Part shown: piece by piece, positions 40,195 through 53,000 of the stretch
Numbering within the stretch: the first letter of the stretch is position 1
Layout of the letters: every line of letters starts with the position of its first letter
From: Eledone cirrhosa
Lineage: Eukaryota
Assembly (NCBI GenBank): GCA_964016885.1
Contig: OZ024741.1
Span: forward strand, 65,658,001-65,722,000
Direction: 5' to 3'
Length of the DNA stretch: 64,000 nt
The notes under the pieces: generated by a model
The model's input: the letters and a program-made list of their open reading frames with translations, nothing else
Told to the model about the DNA's origin: nothing
Database searches by the model: none
Made by a program: the position numbers and the translations under genes

Positions 40195-41563
40195 TTCTTT
40201 GATAGATAGATTTCTTTTATTTGCCACTAGGGCATCAAAAGTGGGACAAGTACAAAGGGGGGAGTTTACACAAAAAGGCGTCCTCAATAAGGAGGAGGCA
40301 ATAACAAAATATAAAAATAAAATAAGATATCTTTGATAGATAGATAGATAGATAGATTTCTTTGATAGATTGATAGATTGATAGATGTGTTGTTGTTTAA
40401 CCCTAGGTCAAACCTAATTCAACAGACCTGGGATGAAAGGTTTACCAGTCATGAGCAACGTTTTTTCTTTTTGTTTGTTTCTTTCTTTCTTTATCAGACT
40501 TCTCAGACTGAATTATTCAATGTGTTCTAATTCCATTTTTAAGACAGTGGAGTGTAATTTGAGGGATATCTGGCTGCTGTTTCTTGCATGTTCAGTGAGC
40601 ACATAAAACAAACAGATTATGTGGGTGGTGTAGAAAGACCAGAATATAAGTGAGAGGTTAAAAGAAACATGTTAAATATGTGAGGGAAGAGACAGAGTTT
40701 GATGTAGAATAGAAGGAGTAGGAAGTTGAGGCAGAAATGGTGTGACGCTTCTTTTATATCATTAGATGTCTTATGTAGATATATGTGACTGTGTGACTGT
40801 GTGATGTGTGTGATGTGTGTGTGACTGTGTGATATGTGTGTGACTGTGATGTGCATGTGTGTGTGTGACTGTGATGTGTGACTGTGTGTATGTGATGTGT
40901 GAGTGTGTGAGTATGTGACTGTGTGTGATTGTGAGTGTGCTTATGACTCTGTGTGTGACTATGTGAGTATATGACTGTGTGTGTGACTGTGACTGTGTGA
41001 TATGCGACTGTGTGTGTGAGTGTATGGATCTTTACTCTCTGTATATGTATACGTGTGTTGAAATGTGTTGTGTATGTGTAGGGAATTTGTACTGTATATG
41101 TGTCTGTGTATATATGTAGGAAATGTGTGTGTGTTTGTGGCAAAGATGAATCTGTGCTCCCTCTCACACACACACTCTCTCTCTCTCACACACACTATCT
41201 CTTTCTCTCTCTCTCTCTCACACACACTATCTCTTTCTCTCTCTCTCTCTCTCTCTTTCACACACACTGTCTCTCTCTCCCACACACACACACACACACA
41301 CACACTGTCTCTCTCTCCCACACACCCACACACACACACTGTCTCTCTCCTTCCCCCTCTCTCTCTCTCTCTCTCTCTCTCTCATGTGTTGTGTGTGTGT
41401 CTGTGTTTGATGTGTGAATGCTTGTGTTTAGGTAGGTATGTAGGTATGTATTGTGTGTTTGTCAGTATAGTGGATGTTTTTCAATGTGTGTATGCTTGTA
41501 TATCAGTTTGTGTATGTGTGAAAAGGATGACACAGGTGTCGGAGAGAGAAAGAGAGAGAGAGG

Positions 41564-41610
<47 letters not shown>

Positions 41611-43021
41611 CATTTATATGTATAAGCATGTATGTGTGAATGAGATGTGAGGTAAGAGAAGTCAAGGTAGAGGCATAGATGAGAGGGGTAGTGAAGAGAA
41701 AGAATGTTTAAGAATGGAAATACACAGACATATAAGGTGGTGAGAGGTGAGATGAAAGAAATAGATATGAGACAGAGAGGGAGATGTGATTGAGGTAGTG
41801 GATGAGGAGAGAGGGGTGAGGAGAAAGAGAGAGGAAGGGTGGAGAGTTGGTGAAAGGAAAACTTGTTGATTTGAATTTCCTTGTGTGTGTATGTATGTAT
41901 GTGTGTGTATGTGTGTGTGTGTGTAAGTATCTATGTATGTGTGTGTATGTGTATGTATGTATGTGTGTACGTGTATGTATGTGTGTATGTATGTATGCGT
42001 ATATGTGTGTATGTATGTATGTATGTGTATGTGTGTATATATGTATATATCTATGTATGTGTATGTATGTGTGTGTATATATGTATATATATCTATGTAT
42101 GTGCATGCACGTGTGTATATATGTATATATCTGTGTATGTATGTGTGTATGTATGTATGACAGAGAAGCTCAGGAGAGTCAACGGCTATCCAATAATTTT
42201 TTCTTTTTTTTTCTTGAGCAAGAGACTCCTAGTCTCCATTAAGACATCTCTCTAGGAGAAGGTCACTCTGATATAAAACCTGCGACTTCGACTGCATCCA
42301 ATAATGTTGACCTGTTCTTCTTTTTGGGTAAATGCATTCAATGTTCAGAGAGTGGGATTGGCCCCGTGCAAAGCCTTTCCTCACTTAAAGCTTCAAACAC
42401 AGGTGTCACTTGATATGTGACAGTTTTTGTGATGTGTGACATGGTAGAACTAAAAAGCCACATCCGTGATGCTCATGCTTAAGTATCAAGCGATGGCATT
42501 ACTCAAGATCAAGTTGCAGCCATCATCATGTATGTATGTGTGTGTATGTATCTATGTATGTATGTATGTGTGTGTATGTATGTATCTATGTATGCATGTA
42601 TGTATCTATCTATGTATGTATCTATGTATCTATGTATCTATGTATACACTATGTGTGTATACACTATGTGTATGTAAAATTATAAATGTGTTTTATAGTG
42701 AATATGAATGTATTGCAATTGTATATATTTTACATACAATATATATATATGTAATGTATATATATATATGTATATGTATTTTTGAGTATATGTGTACGTA
42801 ACAGTGTTGAAATTTAATCATACACACACACACAATTAAAGTATATACAATTCAGCATCTAAGCATACTGGAAACACAATAATCTATGCATAGACACCAT
42901 CACCATCATCATCAACATCATTTAACATCCATTTTCCCTGCTATTAAGGTTTCAAAATAAATATCTGTACGAGTCTTCGAACTTTCAAATCTTAAAGTTT
43001 CATGTGTACATACACAATCAT

Positions 43022-43195
43022 CAATGGAGGAAGAGATAATGCTTACAAAATCAGAAAACAGTACAGCTCCCATGACTTTCGGAAACATTTTTTCATGCTC
43101 AGAGTTGCTGGAGTATGGAACAAACTACCTGCATCAGTTGTTAGCTGTTGGGACACTGCATCCTTCAAAACTTCCATGTTTCCTGAAATTTGCCT
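43022..43195 (+). mobile_element. CR1-clade LINE ORF2 C-terminal remnant
   Basis: YKIRKQ...FRKHFFMLRVAGVWNKLPASVV...SFK. Confidence 0.8.
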
Positions 43196-43235
43196 ACACT
43201 ACACCTAGTATTCCCCCTTCATACACATGCACGCA

Positions 43236-43269
<34 letters not shown>

Positions 43270-43593
43270 TGTGTGTGTGTATACCATGACTCATTCACTG
43301 TTCACTTTCCCAGACTGGGGTCCCTATCATTCCACTGCAAAGTGGTCGTGGAGGTGCCACGGCAAAAAAAGCACCCAGCACTCACTATAAATGAGGTTGG
43401 TGTTAGGAACGGCATCCAACTGTAGAAATGAAGCCAGAATCAGTTCCCATCCCACCCTTGCAAGCAGGGAAAAGCGGACGTAAAAATGATGATGATGATG
43501 ATACCTATATATTTTACTATTACATATTTTTATGTGATTTTCATAAAAGAATCAGGATGGAAGAGAATAAGCACAACTAAAAATATATATATA

Positions 43594-43805
43594 TACCATA
43601 TATACTAGGATATAAGCTGATCCGAATATAAACCAACACCTCCATTTTATGTTTGAGAATAGGCAAAAATCCAAACCCCATTTATAAACCAAGGCAGCTA
43701 ATCAACACATTGTTTAGATGGTGTATATAAACCAGCCTCCCATATTACCATCAGTTTTTTTATGAGGTCACATATTCTTCAGCTTATATTCAAGTATATA
43801 CTGTA
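43594..43805. mobile_element. Tc2/pogo-type MITE; partial copy ~10405-10560 nested in the mariner
   Basis: Inverted termini taccatatatactaggatataagctga / tcagcttatattcaagtatatactgta. Confidence 0.7.
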
Positions 43806-44369
43806 AATACATTTACAATATAAATGGTTCTAGAACCCTGTGAAGTGGCTGGTGCAGTGGGTGTTGCTGGCCTTTGAATGCAGGAATGCTTTTGCAGTCT
43901 TGTCCGCAGAGCACAGCCTCAATACCACCACACCCTAGGCCCAGAGCCCATCACCTTCACCCTCAACATCCCCATTCTTCTGTGACACTAGAGCCCTTGC
44001 CTTTCCCTTCTTTTTCTGTTTTCATAACCATTAGTGGTCAGTTCTTCTGTCTAAAGACCCTAAGGAGACTGAGTAGCCAAAGAATTTTTCTACAAGCTGA
44101 AAACAACATGTATGTATATATGTGCTTGTGTGTATACATATATATATATAAATCTATTTATGAAGGAGTTAAATATTAATTAAAACTTGCAATACACACA
44201 ATGCTATACTTTTATGGATCTATGGAAGAATTATATATTACGATAGATACCAATATCTTGATATTGTTCTAATATTGTTAGACATACAGAATAGTATAAT
44301 CAATATAATTTATATAGAGAGAGACATTTAAATAGGTAACTATGAGACTCCAACTTTTGAAATCTCAGT

Positions 44370-44548
44370 TCTTTTTCTTTTTCTTTTTCTTTTTCTTTTT
44401 CTTTTTCCTCTTCTTTTTCTTCTTTTTCTCCTTCTTTTTCTTCTTGTTATTCTTCTTCTTTTTCTTGTTCTTGTTCTTGTTCTTCTTCTTCTTCTTCTTC
44501 TTCTTCTTCTTCTTCTTCTTCTTCTTCTTCTTCTTCTTCTTCTTCTTC
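44370..44548. repeat. (TTTTTC)n/(TTC)n microsatellite
   Basis: Directly visible. Confidence 0.95.
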
Positions 44549-44604
44549 TAAGAGATAGAGCCCTCAGACAAGCCTTCCAGAGAATCCTATCAAAAACAAC
44601 CACC

Positions 44605-45065
44605 TCCAAATGATCCAGCATGTCACACTGAGCTAAACCTCATCATCAAAAGGGCTTTGGCTTGGGCAATCAATTTTGAAACCGTCTGGGTTGTCCAGAA
44701 TTGATGGGACTGATGGTCTTACCTTGTGTCTCTGGATAAGAGGCAGGTGTCTTATTGGGGACGTCACAGTCTGTTACTCTTTTGCTTCTTCCCACATCCT
44801 GGATGCTGTGGTTAAGGCAAGAGCTACTGCTTCCATAGCCAAACGTAACAAAATTTTGAAATACCAAATCCGTTGGTTAACTACATTTTCCAATCTGTAG
44901 CTTTTGAGATGTTTGGGGAGTCGGGCCAATGTTTGTGAGGTTCTTGTTATCACTGGTGGCTCCCCTAACTGAGGTAACTGGTGATGCTCGTGAAAGCACT
45001 TGGTTGTTCCAGCGCATCAGCCTCACCATCACCTGAGGTAATGCTGGCTTGCCTAAAAAATTATT
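44605..45065 (+). pseudogene. CRE-clade non-LTR retrotransposon, decayed restriction-like endonuclease domain
   Basis: HTELNLIIKRAL, PSGLSRIDG.DGLTL..W.RGRCLI.DVTV, K.LKY, FQSVAFE and WLFQRISL...GNA. Confidence 0.72.
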
Positions 45066-46479
45066 AGAGAGGTTCCAGTGCTCCCTCACCATATCATTAT
45101 CTTTTGTCCTGGAAGTGGTTTGTTTGTCAACCCCTTTCACTTACCTTTTGATGTGTGTACTGCCTGCTTGTGTATTTTTTCCCCTTTTCTTTTTTTTTTA
45201 TTTGTAATATTATTTATACAATTGTAAAAAAAAAATGCATAACATGTTGTTAGAACTTAGATTACTGTCTGAGTGTTTAGAGAAACATAGTACTATGATT
45301 TTATATGCAGATAAATTGATCAATGGAGCATAACATTCACACATGGACTGAAAGAGCAGCCAGCCTGGTACAAAATCTCCAGAATTTCAAGAATCAGTAG
45401 AAAATGGGTTGGTCAGAAAAATTACTTTTTCAAGCAACAATAAGACTGTCTCTGTTAATCATCTACAGTGTTGTATTAGTCTTATAAACAATTTACTGCA
45501 ACATATGCTTACAAAAACATACTTGAAAGGTTCTTTAACTTCTGAACTGGAAAGTATGAATACCTTCTAAATATAATGTGTGGACTTGATCAAGGCCAAC
45601 TGAAATATTACCTATTTTAGGAGAAACTGTAGTATCATCTCTCTGTCAGAGGTTTAAGCTTGTTCATCCTATATAAGTGCTATTAGAAATGATGAAGGTT
45701 GATGCATACTGCATAACCCAAATTATTCCTATTAGTACTACTGAATATGAGAGGGGCTTCTGTCACATGAATTTGATAATACAAGACACTCAAGAATTCT
45801 CATAAACCATGTATTAGCATTTATATTGGTTAACCAACCCGGTCTCAACCAGCTCTGGTTCTATGAAACAAAACCATCCTTTTTAAAGTGTTCCTATTTA
45901 TATTTTTAAAATCTCCCAAGATAATGTTAAATAAGAACCATATGTTACTATCTTAGTATCTACTTTTAGTAAGTTGCTCAAAATTCTTTATTAATTAATT
46001 AAAACAGACTGTATTTCATTAGAAATACACAAAGAGTTAAAGGGTTGATATTTTAGTTAAAATCTTTAATTTTATATACAAACCACATTACTACCTTAGT
46101 AACATAAATAAGAAATTAATACATAAGAAATTACTATCTTAATAATTGTTTCTACTTTTTGGCACAAGGCCAGCAATTACCCAGTGTATTACTGAATGAA
46201 ACAAATTAATACTTTCAGAAATCCCTCAAAATTGTTCATGAATTAATTGAATCAGAGTGTATTTCATTAGATTATCAGGAAATGGTTAAGCATGCCACTC
46301 TAGTTCATTGGAATCCTGAGTCATGTCACATCAGGGCTACTGTATCACATATCAGCAACAGACAACAGAACCCCAAACACAATTGCACCTCTCAATTGAG
46401 ACTCTCTTTTACCTGTTCCAGCCTTCTGGCTGAGGCCATGCTAAGGCATTTCCCTTGTTGCTACACGTTCTATATCCAG

Positions 46480-46540
46480 CCTGTGTTGGCTGGCTATTGG
46501 AGTAGGAGGGAGTGTGTTTCTCATCTGTAGAAATTATTAA
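46480..46540 (+). CDS. Candidate terminal coding exon
   Basis: ttctatatccAG acceptor, LCWLAIGVGGSVFLICRNY*, strong donor TTG|GTAAGT at 46553/46554; phase-compatible with 35431-35486. Confidence 0.25.
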
Positions 46541-46698
46541 TACTTCACATTTGGTAAGTAATTAATTAATTTTAAATTTGATAAAATACATGATTACTGC
46601 CTTTATCCTTCCTTCTGTAACAATTATATTTTATGATAATCATTGAGTGAAGGTTACACTGTTCCATCAACATACAATACTTTCATATGTTTATTATA

Positions 46699-46915
46699 TA
46701 CGAGGGTAGGCAGAAAAGTTCATAGGCTAACTATCAAAAAGTGATGCTACAGCTGTGAAATCTTGCAAGCATTAATTTCAAATCTTCTTCTTAATAACGG
46801 CACTGTTTCTATCCAGGGACTACGTTGAAAAATATACCTCATTTGCTCATTCCATGAGACTATCCTGGTCACCCTATGGACTTTTCAGCCTATGACCTTT
46901 CAGCCAGACCTCGTA
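46699..46915. mobile_element. Mariner-derived MITE; partial copies ~7736-7820 and ~13497-13660
   Basis: TA-cgagggtaggcagaaaagttcatagg ... cctttcagccagacctcg-TA. Confidence 0.75.
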
Positions 46916-47101
46916 AAGTATAGTATGTTTCTATTGTACCAGTTATAACCTAAAAGGTAGTAACAGGCTGCTATAATCTGACCAATGTCTTAACTGTATG
47001 TGATGTGTGTGACATACACAGATAGGTGATATAGAAAATGGCAACTATTGTCTCAGCCGTGACATCTAAGAAATCAGCACTACACCAGTGTGTTTGTGTG
47101 T

Positions 47102-47222
<121 letters not shown>

Positions 47223-49767
47223 CATATATATGTGCATTTTCCTGATGGTGCCACGAAAATGCATCCAATACACCCTGTAAGGGGGTTGGCAATAAGACAG
47301 GCACCTCGCTGTAGAAACTATGCCTAAAAATGGTTGAAAGGAGTCCTCGGTTATGTCAATAGCACAACTAAGTGTTGATGATGTACCCAATTAATGCCTC
47401 TAGTACATGCTGTAAAGTGGCTGGTGATAGGAAAGTCATCCAGCCATAGAAAGCTTGCATCAAGGATATGACCACCTCCTTAGTGTTATTGATCTACATG
47501 ATTAATGTTCCCAATACATGCTGAAATGTAGTTGGTGATAGGAAACGTATCTAGCTGTACAAAGCTTGCCAAAAATAAAGGTTGGCAGGGCCCTTTAGTT
47601 GTGTAAAAGACAGGACAACCTCTCTAGTGTTGGAACCATATTAGATGTAAACTCCCAGTCTGTCTGGTGGGTAAGTACTGACTTGGTCTGTGAAGACCCA
47701 TCCAACCCTTGCTAGCAGAAATAGTGGACATTAAATAATGATATGTATATATATGTGTATATAAATATATATATATGTGTGTGTGTGTATTTCAGTTTAA
47801 AGGATTATATATAATAGATAATCAAGGCATAAATGACAGTCAGCATACAGATGTTTGATTTTTTAGTATATAATGGAAATACTGTTAATCTGGGACAATT
47901 GAAATAAGTTCCATTAGTTCTGCAAAATTCTTATTTAAGTAAGAGTCCAATATATGGAAGGATATCCATATATTGATTATATGCCAGGAACCAAAACAAA
48001 GTTTTCCTACATTTATTAATTCCATTGCATTTGTTTCATCAGAGACTTTAAACAAGACATAATGTATACAAAAAAAAATGTATATATACTCATATATTGA
48101 GACATCCCATAAATAATGCATTTTTTAATACTTCTTTTATTTAAAAAAAACTAAAATAAACCACACTTTTCAAAGCTTGCACTAAGAATGAGGACAGGGT
48201 GAATTTGATACCTGCTTTGAAGGCAAGTTTATACAGGTGTTTATCACTACACCCTCCAACTTTTATTACATACAATTGTAAAAACTCTATTATTTACGGA
48301 ATGACCCAATATATTATGTATTTTTTTAAACAAATGAAATGGAATTAATAAGTGTAAGGAAAACTTTCTTTTGGTTTATGCCTGATAATTAATATAAAGA
48401 TTTATTTCCATATATTGATATCTGACTTAGCATATAAACTGGCTGTATCTGATCAGAATTCTCTGACCTCTTACTGTTCAAACCAGCTGTAACTAATGTT
48501 AAGGTATTGTTCTCAAAATAAATAATATAAAAATCTTGTAGATTCGATATCGTGAGAGATGGAGGCTTTACCATGAAAATACAATAGTAAATATAGAGTA
48601 ATGTAGATATTAAAGGATTAAATGAGAAAGTTTAACTAACCCTACTGTTACACTTTGTCAGGCTAATAAAATTGTTGGAAATTCCTTCTTAACTCCTGGA
48701 TTTATTATTTAATATTATTTATGTTCTGTGACCTTACACTTGTATGATATTTTGGATTAATTTACCTCATGGATTACGCCATCACTGAATTAGTTTGTTC
48801 TATTTACAAATTGTAGAAACACATTGAATCTGGAATTTTCTTGACATATCTTAACCAAGTTTGATCTTTCAACTTATAACTTTTGTTTAAATAATGTTTT
48901 CATGTTATGGAGACAAGATATCAAGATAATATTCAATGCATGTTTAGGTACAGAGTTGGTATTGTAATCGGCAAAACCTCAATAAAGGGCCCATTGACTT
49001 AATGAGCAATTGACTTAATTCAAGGCAATTTAGTTTACAGGCCAGCTGAAATCAAGTGTGATCTCTTTGGATTTTTTACTAATTACTATGAGTTCGATTC
49101 CCAGCAGTGAATTGTGTCCTTGTTTATAAATAAGAATTCTTTCTGTGTTTTTTTTTTATGTAAAGGGGGTTGAGAGGGGAGGAGTGCCAGTTCTTAATAT
49201 TTGATTATCCAAAAGATAAAAATTCATGGATTTATTTTTTAAAAGGCATAATAAATCGAATTGAGAGGCATCCAATGAACCAATTTTTGATATCAAAATG
49301 GTCACTTGATATCATGACTCATTAGCTTTAGTTGAAATACCTTATCGGCTCAGTACTTTCGTTTATTACTCTTCCCTAACTGTTCTTTCAAAATACATTT
49401 ATTTTTATAATGGATGGATGGTCCCACAACTCCTGGGGGAGATGTAGAGCTTCCGTATTTCTGGGGCATTTTCAAACCTGGTGGTGCCCATCCCTCTCCA
49501 GATCTGAATATAGTAGATTTCTTCCAGAGAAGCATAGAGAGTGAGAGAATAAAAGTGAGGAAGAGACACAGAGGAAGAATTGGCCCCTATACTAGACTGA
49601 TATTTTTTTATCAACCTGGATTGGATGTCAAAGTTGACCGCAGCTGGATTTGAACTGAGAGAGTAGAGAGTCAAAACAAATACCGCAAAGCAATCTATCT
49701 AATGTTCTAACCACCCTGCCTATATTTTTATTATATATTTGATTAATATCTATATTATTCACTATCA

Positions 49768-50068
49768 TAAGGTCCCAGGTTCGATTCCACTGTGTAGCAT
49801 CTTGGGCAAGTGCTATACTCGATAGCCTCGAGTCTTGTGAGTAAAATTTGGGTAGACAGGAACTGTTTGGATGCCTGCAGGATGGATTATACTTGTAATT
49901 CAAAAGGGCCAGCCTTGTCACACACTGTCATGCTGAATATCCCCAAGAATTATGCAAAAGGTACATGTGTCTGTATAATGCTCAGCCACTTGCATGCTAA
50001 AATTATAAAGACGCTGTTCCGTTCATCGAATAACTAGAACATTCATCGTCGAAACCGACTGAGGTGCA
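49768..50068 (+). mobile_element. tRNA-derived SINE, third family; related minus-strand copies ~13775-14090 and ~18460-18560
   Basis: ggttcgattcc box B; gtaattcaaaagggccagccttgtcac...ggtacatgtgtctgt...ctcagccacttgca shared. Confidence 0.65.
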
Positions 50069-51047
50069 TTCTATTCTACATTGTTCATCATTTTATAGAT
50101 ATCCTCTTTAACCCTTTATCATTTAAACCGGCCATATCCGGCCAGAATTCTTTCACCTCTTTCTGTTCAATCCGACCATAACCGCTGCTCTTATTTCGTG
50201 TTAAAATATTGTTCTTAAAATAAATAACATCAAACTCTCACAGATTTGATATTATGTGAGATACAGCCTTTACCGTGAAGATATAATAGAAAATACAATA
50301 GTATATATACAGTAACGTAAATGCTAAATGGTTAAATGGAATATATCTAGATGACAAGTGTATAAACATCTGTTTATACGCGTGAAAATCTAAAGAAAAT
50401 CTGTTCTCACCAATTTCTGAGAAATGACCATGGTAAAAATGATTAGTCTGTTTCTCATTTAATTTTTTTTTTTTGTTTTCTTTTCTTTTGTTTTCTTTTA
50501 ATGCGATTAAATATTATTTGGGTGCTATTTCTAGCAGGGCAAGCAATTGTGTAGATGCGTCTGAATGTGGTGGTAAAAAGAGAATTATCTCCCTTGAGGT
50601 TATGTTATTAATGTAAGCTATGAGAGTTATGTCCTCTTGAATATAAGATCCCCCCCCCCCCCCCCCCCCGTTACTATTGATTCCTTGCATACGAACTCCC
50701 AAATACAATCAAACCAACACACACATACTCTTGGGGCCCCCAAAAAATAGGGTGGAGGGACATTTGCTTAAATTCTTATAAGCGGGTGGGGGGAATCGGT
50801 AATTGTATAGTATACGTTCGTACATATGGGATTTCCAGGTAAGGGAGCAGTAATGTTCTTTTTTTTTTGTTATATATAATGTTTTTTAATGTAAAATAAA
50901 ATTATTAGATTCTCCAGCTGCTGTATCAATATGAACCACTTAGAATTTCGCCGGAGATAGATTAACAAAATTTAATAAGCGGGAGGGCTGAAAAGAATCT
51001 GAAAAGTTAATAAGTGATGGGAGAGGGGCGATATCCAAGACTTGACA

Positions 51048-51083
<36 letters not shown>

Positions 51084-51086
51084 ATA

Positions 51087-51560
51087 GAAATTTCGTATTT
51101 TTAAAGAAACACGGTATGTTTACAGGAAACATTTAGGAACCCATAGCTATGCAAACATCGAGGTTAACGCCCTCTGGTGGTGTCCAACGTATTAGGTTGA
51201 TACACAATAAAAGTCTAATCAACAGAATTCGTAATATAATCAGCTTGTCTTCCCACATCCCCGGCGGACAGAATGGAGAAGACGTTTCCCCGGGGGACGG
51301 TAAGGGAGACGCGCTGGAAAAGCCACTGCAACTCGCGGGGCTCACACCTGCGGCTGGCCAGCTCAGCGCCTATGGTGGTGAGTAGGGAGGTAGCCCTAGG
51401 GCCGAGGACACCAGAAGTCTCCGCAAACCTGTCGGAGAGCGACCGGTATTTGAGGAGTTTGGCCTCCTCAGCCCGACGTGCAGCAGAACTTGGGTTAGTC
51501 ACAGACTGCACCAGGTTGCAGCTGCAGAAAGTGTCGGTGTAAGTGGCAATACATGTAAAT
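51087..51560 (-). mobile_element. CRE-clade non-LTR retrotransposon 3' fragment (RLE C-terminus and 3' UTR)
   Basis: DTFC..NL...SAARRAEEAKLLKYRSL..AETSGVLGP...PRELQWLFQRVSL...RGN. Confidence 0.8.
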
Positions 51561-51651
51561 AAAACTTCATCGTTCTTATTAATATATACGCTCTGCCTGT
51601 GCATAGAGAGCTTGTTTTGGTACCACCACTAGTAATTTATTAAATCACCTA

Positions 51652-51715
<64 letters not shown>

Positions 51716-51789
51716 TTATTAAAGTAACAGATTAAAGTTTAAGCAAAGAATCGCTGTTTTCACCCTTAATGGGATCCTGGGCTGCCCCC

Positions 51790-52120
51790 AGTACATTTTC
51801 TGAAAGGTGGGTGAATGTGGCGAAAATGGCCCGTGTGAGTGGGCCTACTCTGGTCATGCGCCTGTAGGTGGGTAAATTTGAGGAGAAGAGGGGCGCCCTC
51901 CAGAGTGCTCTCGAAGCGTCGGGTCGTTCAGGATCGGTGGGGTACCTGAGCGAACCCTGGGTGGTCATCCCCTCTATTGGGGAATTTTTGTTGTTGTATT
52001 TTTATTGTTACTTTGTTATTGTTATTCATATTGTTTACTTGATTTTTCTGTAAAACCCCACTGTCCCAGTCTTTTGTATTGTCCCCTATATGTCGGCCCT
52101 TGTGGCCAATAAATGAAATC

Positions 52121-52150
<30 letters not shown>
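51790..52150 (+). mobile_element. Tx1-clade LINE 3' end with (ATT)n tail
   Basis: FSERWVNVAKMARVSGPTL homologous to the 38.9 kb ORF end; AATAAA then (ATT)n. Confidence 0.75.
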
Positions 52151-52182
<32 letters not shown>

Positions 52183-52226
52183 TAATGATATTAAATAAAT
52201 GTAAACTATATTTATAAAACCATATT

Positions 52227-52288
52227 TATTCTATTATATATATTTCAAGGGTACCAAAAACTTTGGTACGCTTTCATCAGATAAAATA
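52227..52288 (-). ncRNA. Type I hammerhead ribozyme motif (inverted copy)
   Basis: Exact reverse complement of 52378-52439. Confidence 0.72.
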
Positions 52289-52377
52289 CAAAGTGTGTTT
52301 TATAAATTTTGACATAGCCAAGGAAACTGATAAGGTATGTTTCCTTCGCTATGTCAAAATTTATAAAACACACTTTG

Positions 52378-52439
52378 TATTTTATCTGATGAAAGCGTAC
52401 CAAAGTTTTTGGTACCCTTGAAATATATATAATAGAATA
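52378..52439 (+). ncRNA. Type I hammerhead ribozyme motif
   Basis: tattttat-CTGATGA-aagcgtaccaaa gtt tttggtaccctt-GAA-atatatat-A-atagaata; 8-bp stem I with one G-U; palindromic stem III. Confidence 0.78.
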
Positions 52440-52593
52440 AATATGGTTTTATAAATATAGTTTCCATTTATTTAGTATCATCGAATATTAATCCAGAAAC
52501 TGTTGAGTGCTCTGAATCAGTTATAAACATTTATATTTGTTGAATTTCCAACAAATTAAATATCCCTTCTACTTATATATATATATGTGTGTG

Positions 52594-52913
52594 TGTGAGC
52601 TCTAGGCTCAATTGGGGGTAAACACAATTAGTAAGGCACTCAAGAACTGTTTCATTTTTTTAAAATTCTCGGAAAAGCCACTGTCCTTGTAAAACCTCAA
52701 TCCATCCCCCAAACCACCACCATCTCCAACCACCAGTAAACATATAAATACAGCGGTTTTACAAGGACAACTGGCTTTCCTGATTATTTGTTTTGAACAA
52801 AACAGTTCTAGTCCTGTAGAAGCCATTTCTATATTAAACTTGATGTTGACACTCTACTAATGTATTGAGTGCCTTACTAATTGTAGTTACCCCCAATTGA
52901 GCCTAGAACTCAC
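52594..52913. mobile_element. MITE with ~50-bp terminal inverted repeats and an inner inverted repeat
   Basis: tctaggctcaattgggggtaa..caattagtaaggcactcaa / ttgagtgccttactaattg..ttacccccaattgagcctaga; inner ggaaaagcca..gtccttgtaaaacc / ggttttacaaggac..tggctttcc. Confidence 0.75.
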
Positions 52914-52943
52914 AGACAGACACACACACACACACACACACAT

Positions 52944-53000
<57 letters not shown>

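Larger units (their letters stand above)
52185..52481. mobile_element. Near-perfect fold-back element (~143-bp arms, 11-nt loop) with a hammerhead in each arm
   Basis: 52185-52327 is the reverse complement of 52339-52481. Confidence 0.88.

Noticed and set aside
44340-44621. Protamine-like poly-Arg ORF
   Set aside because: Reverse strand of a (TTC)n microsatellite
49350-49560. Unique sequence with short ORFs on both strands
   Set aside because: No recognisable domain or consistent splice-site pair
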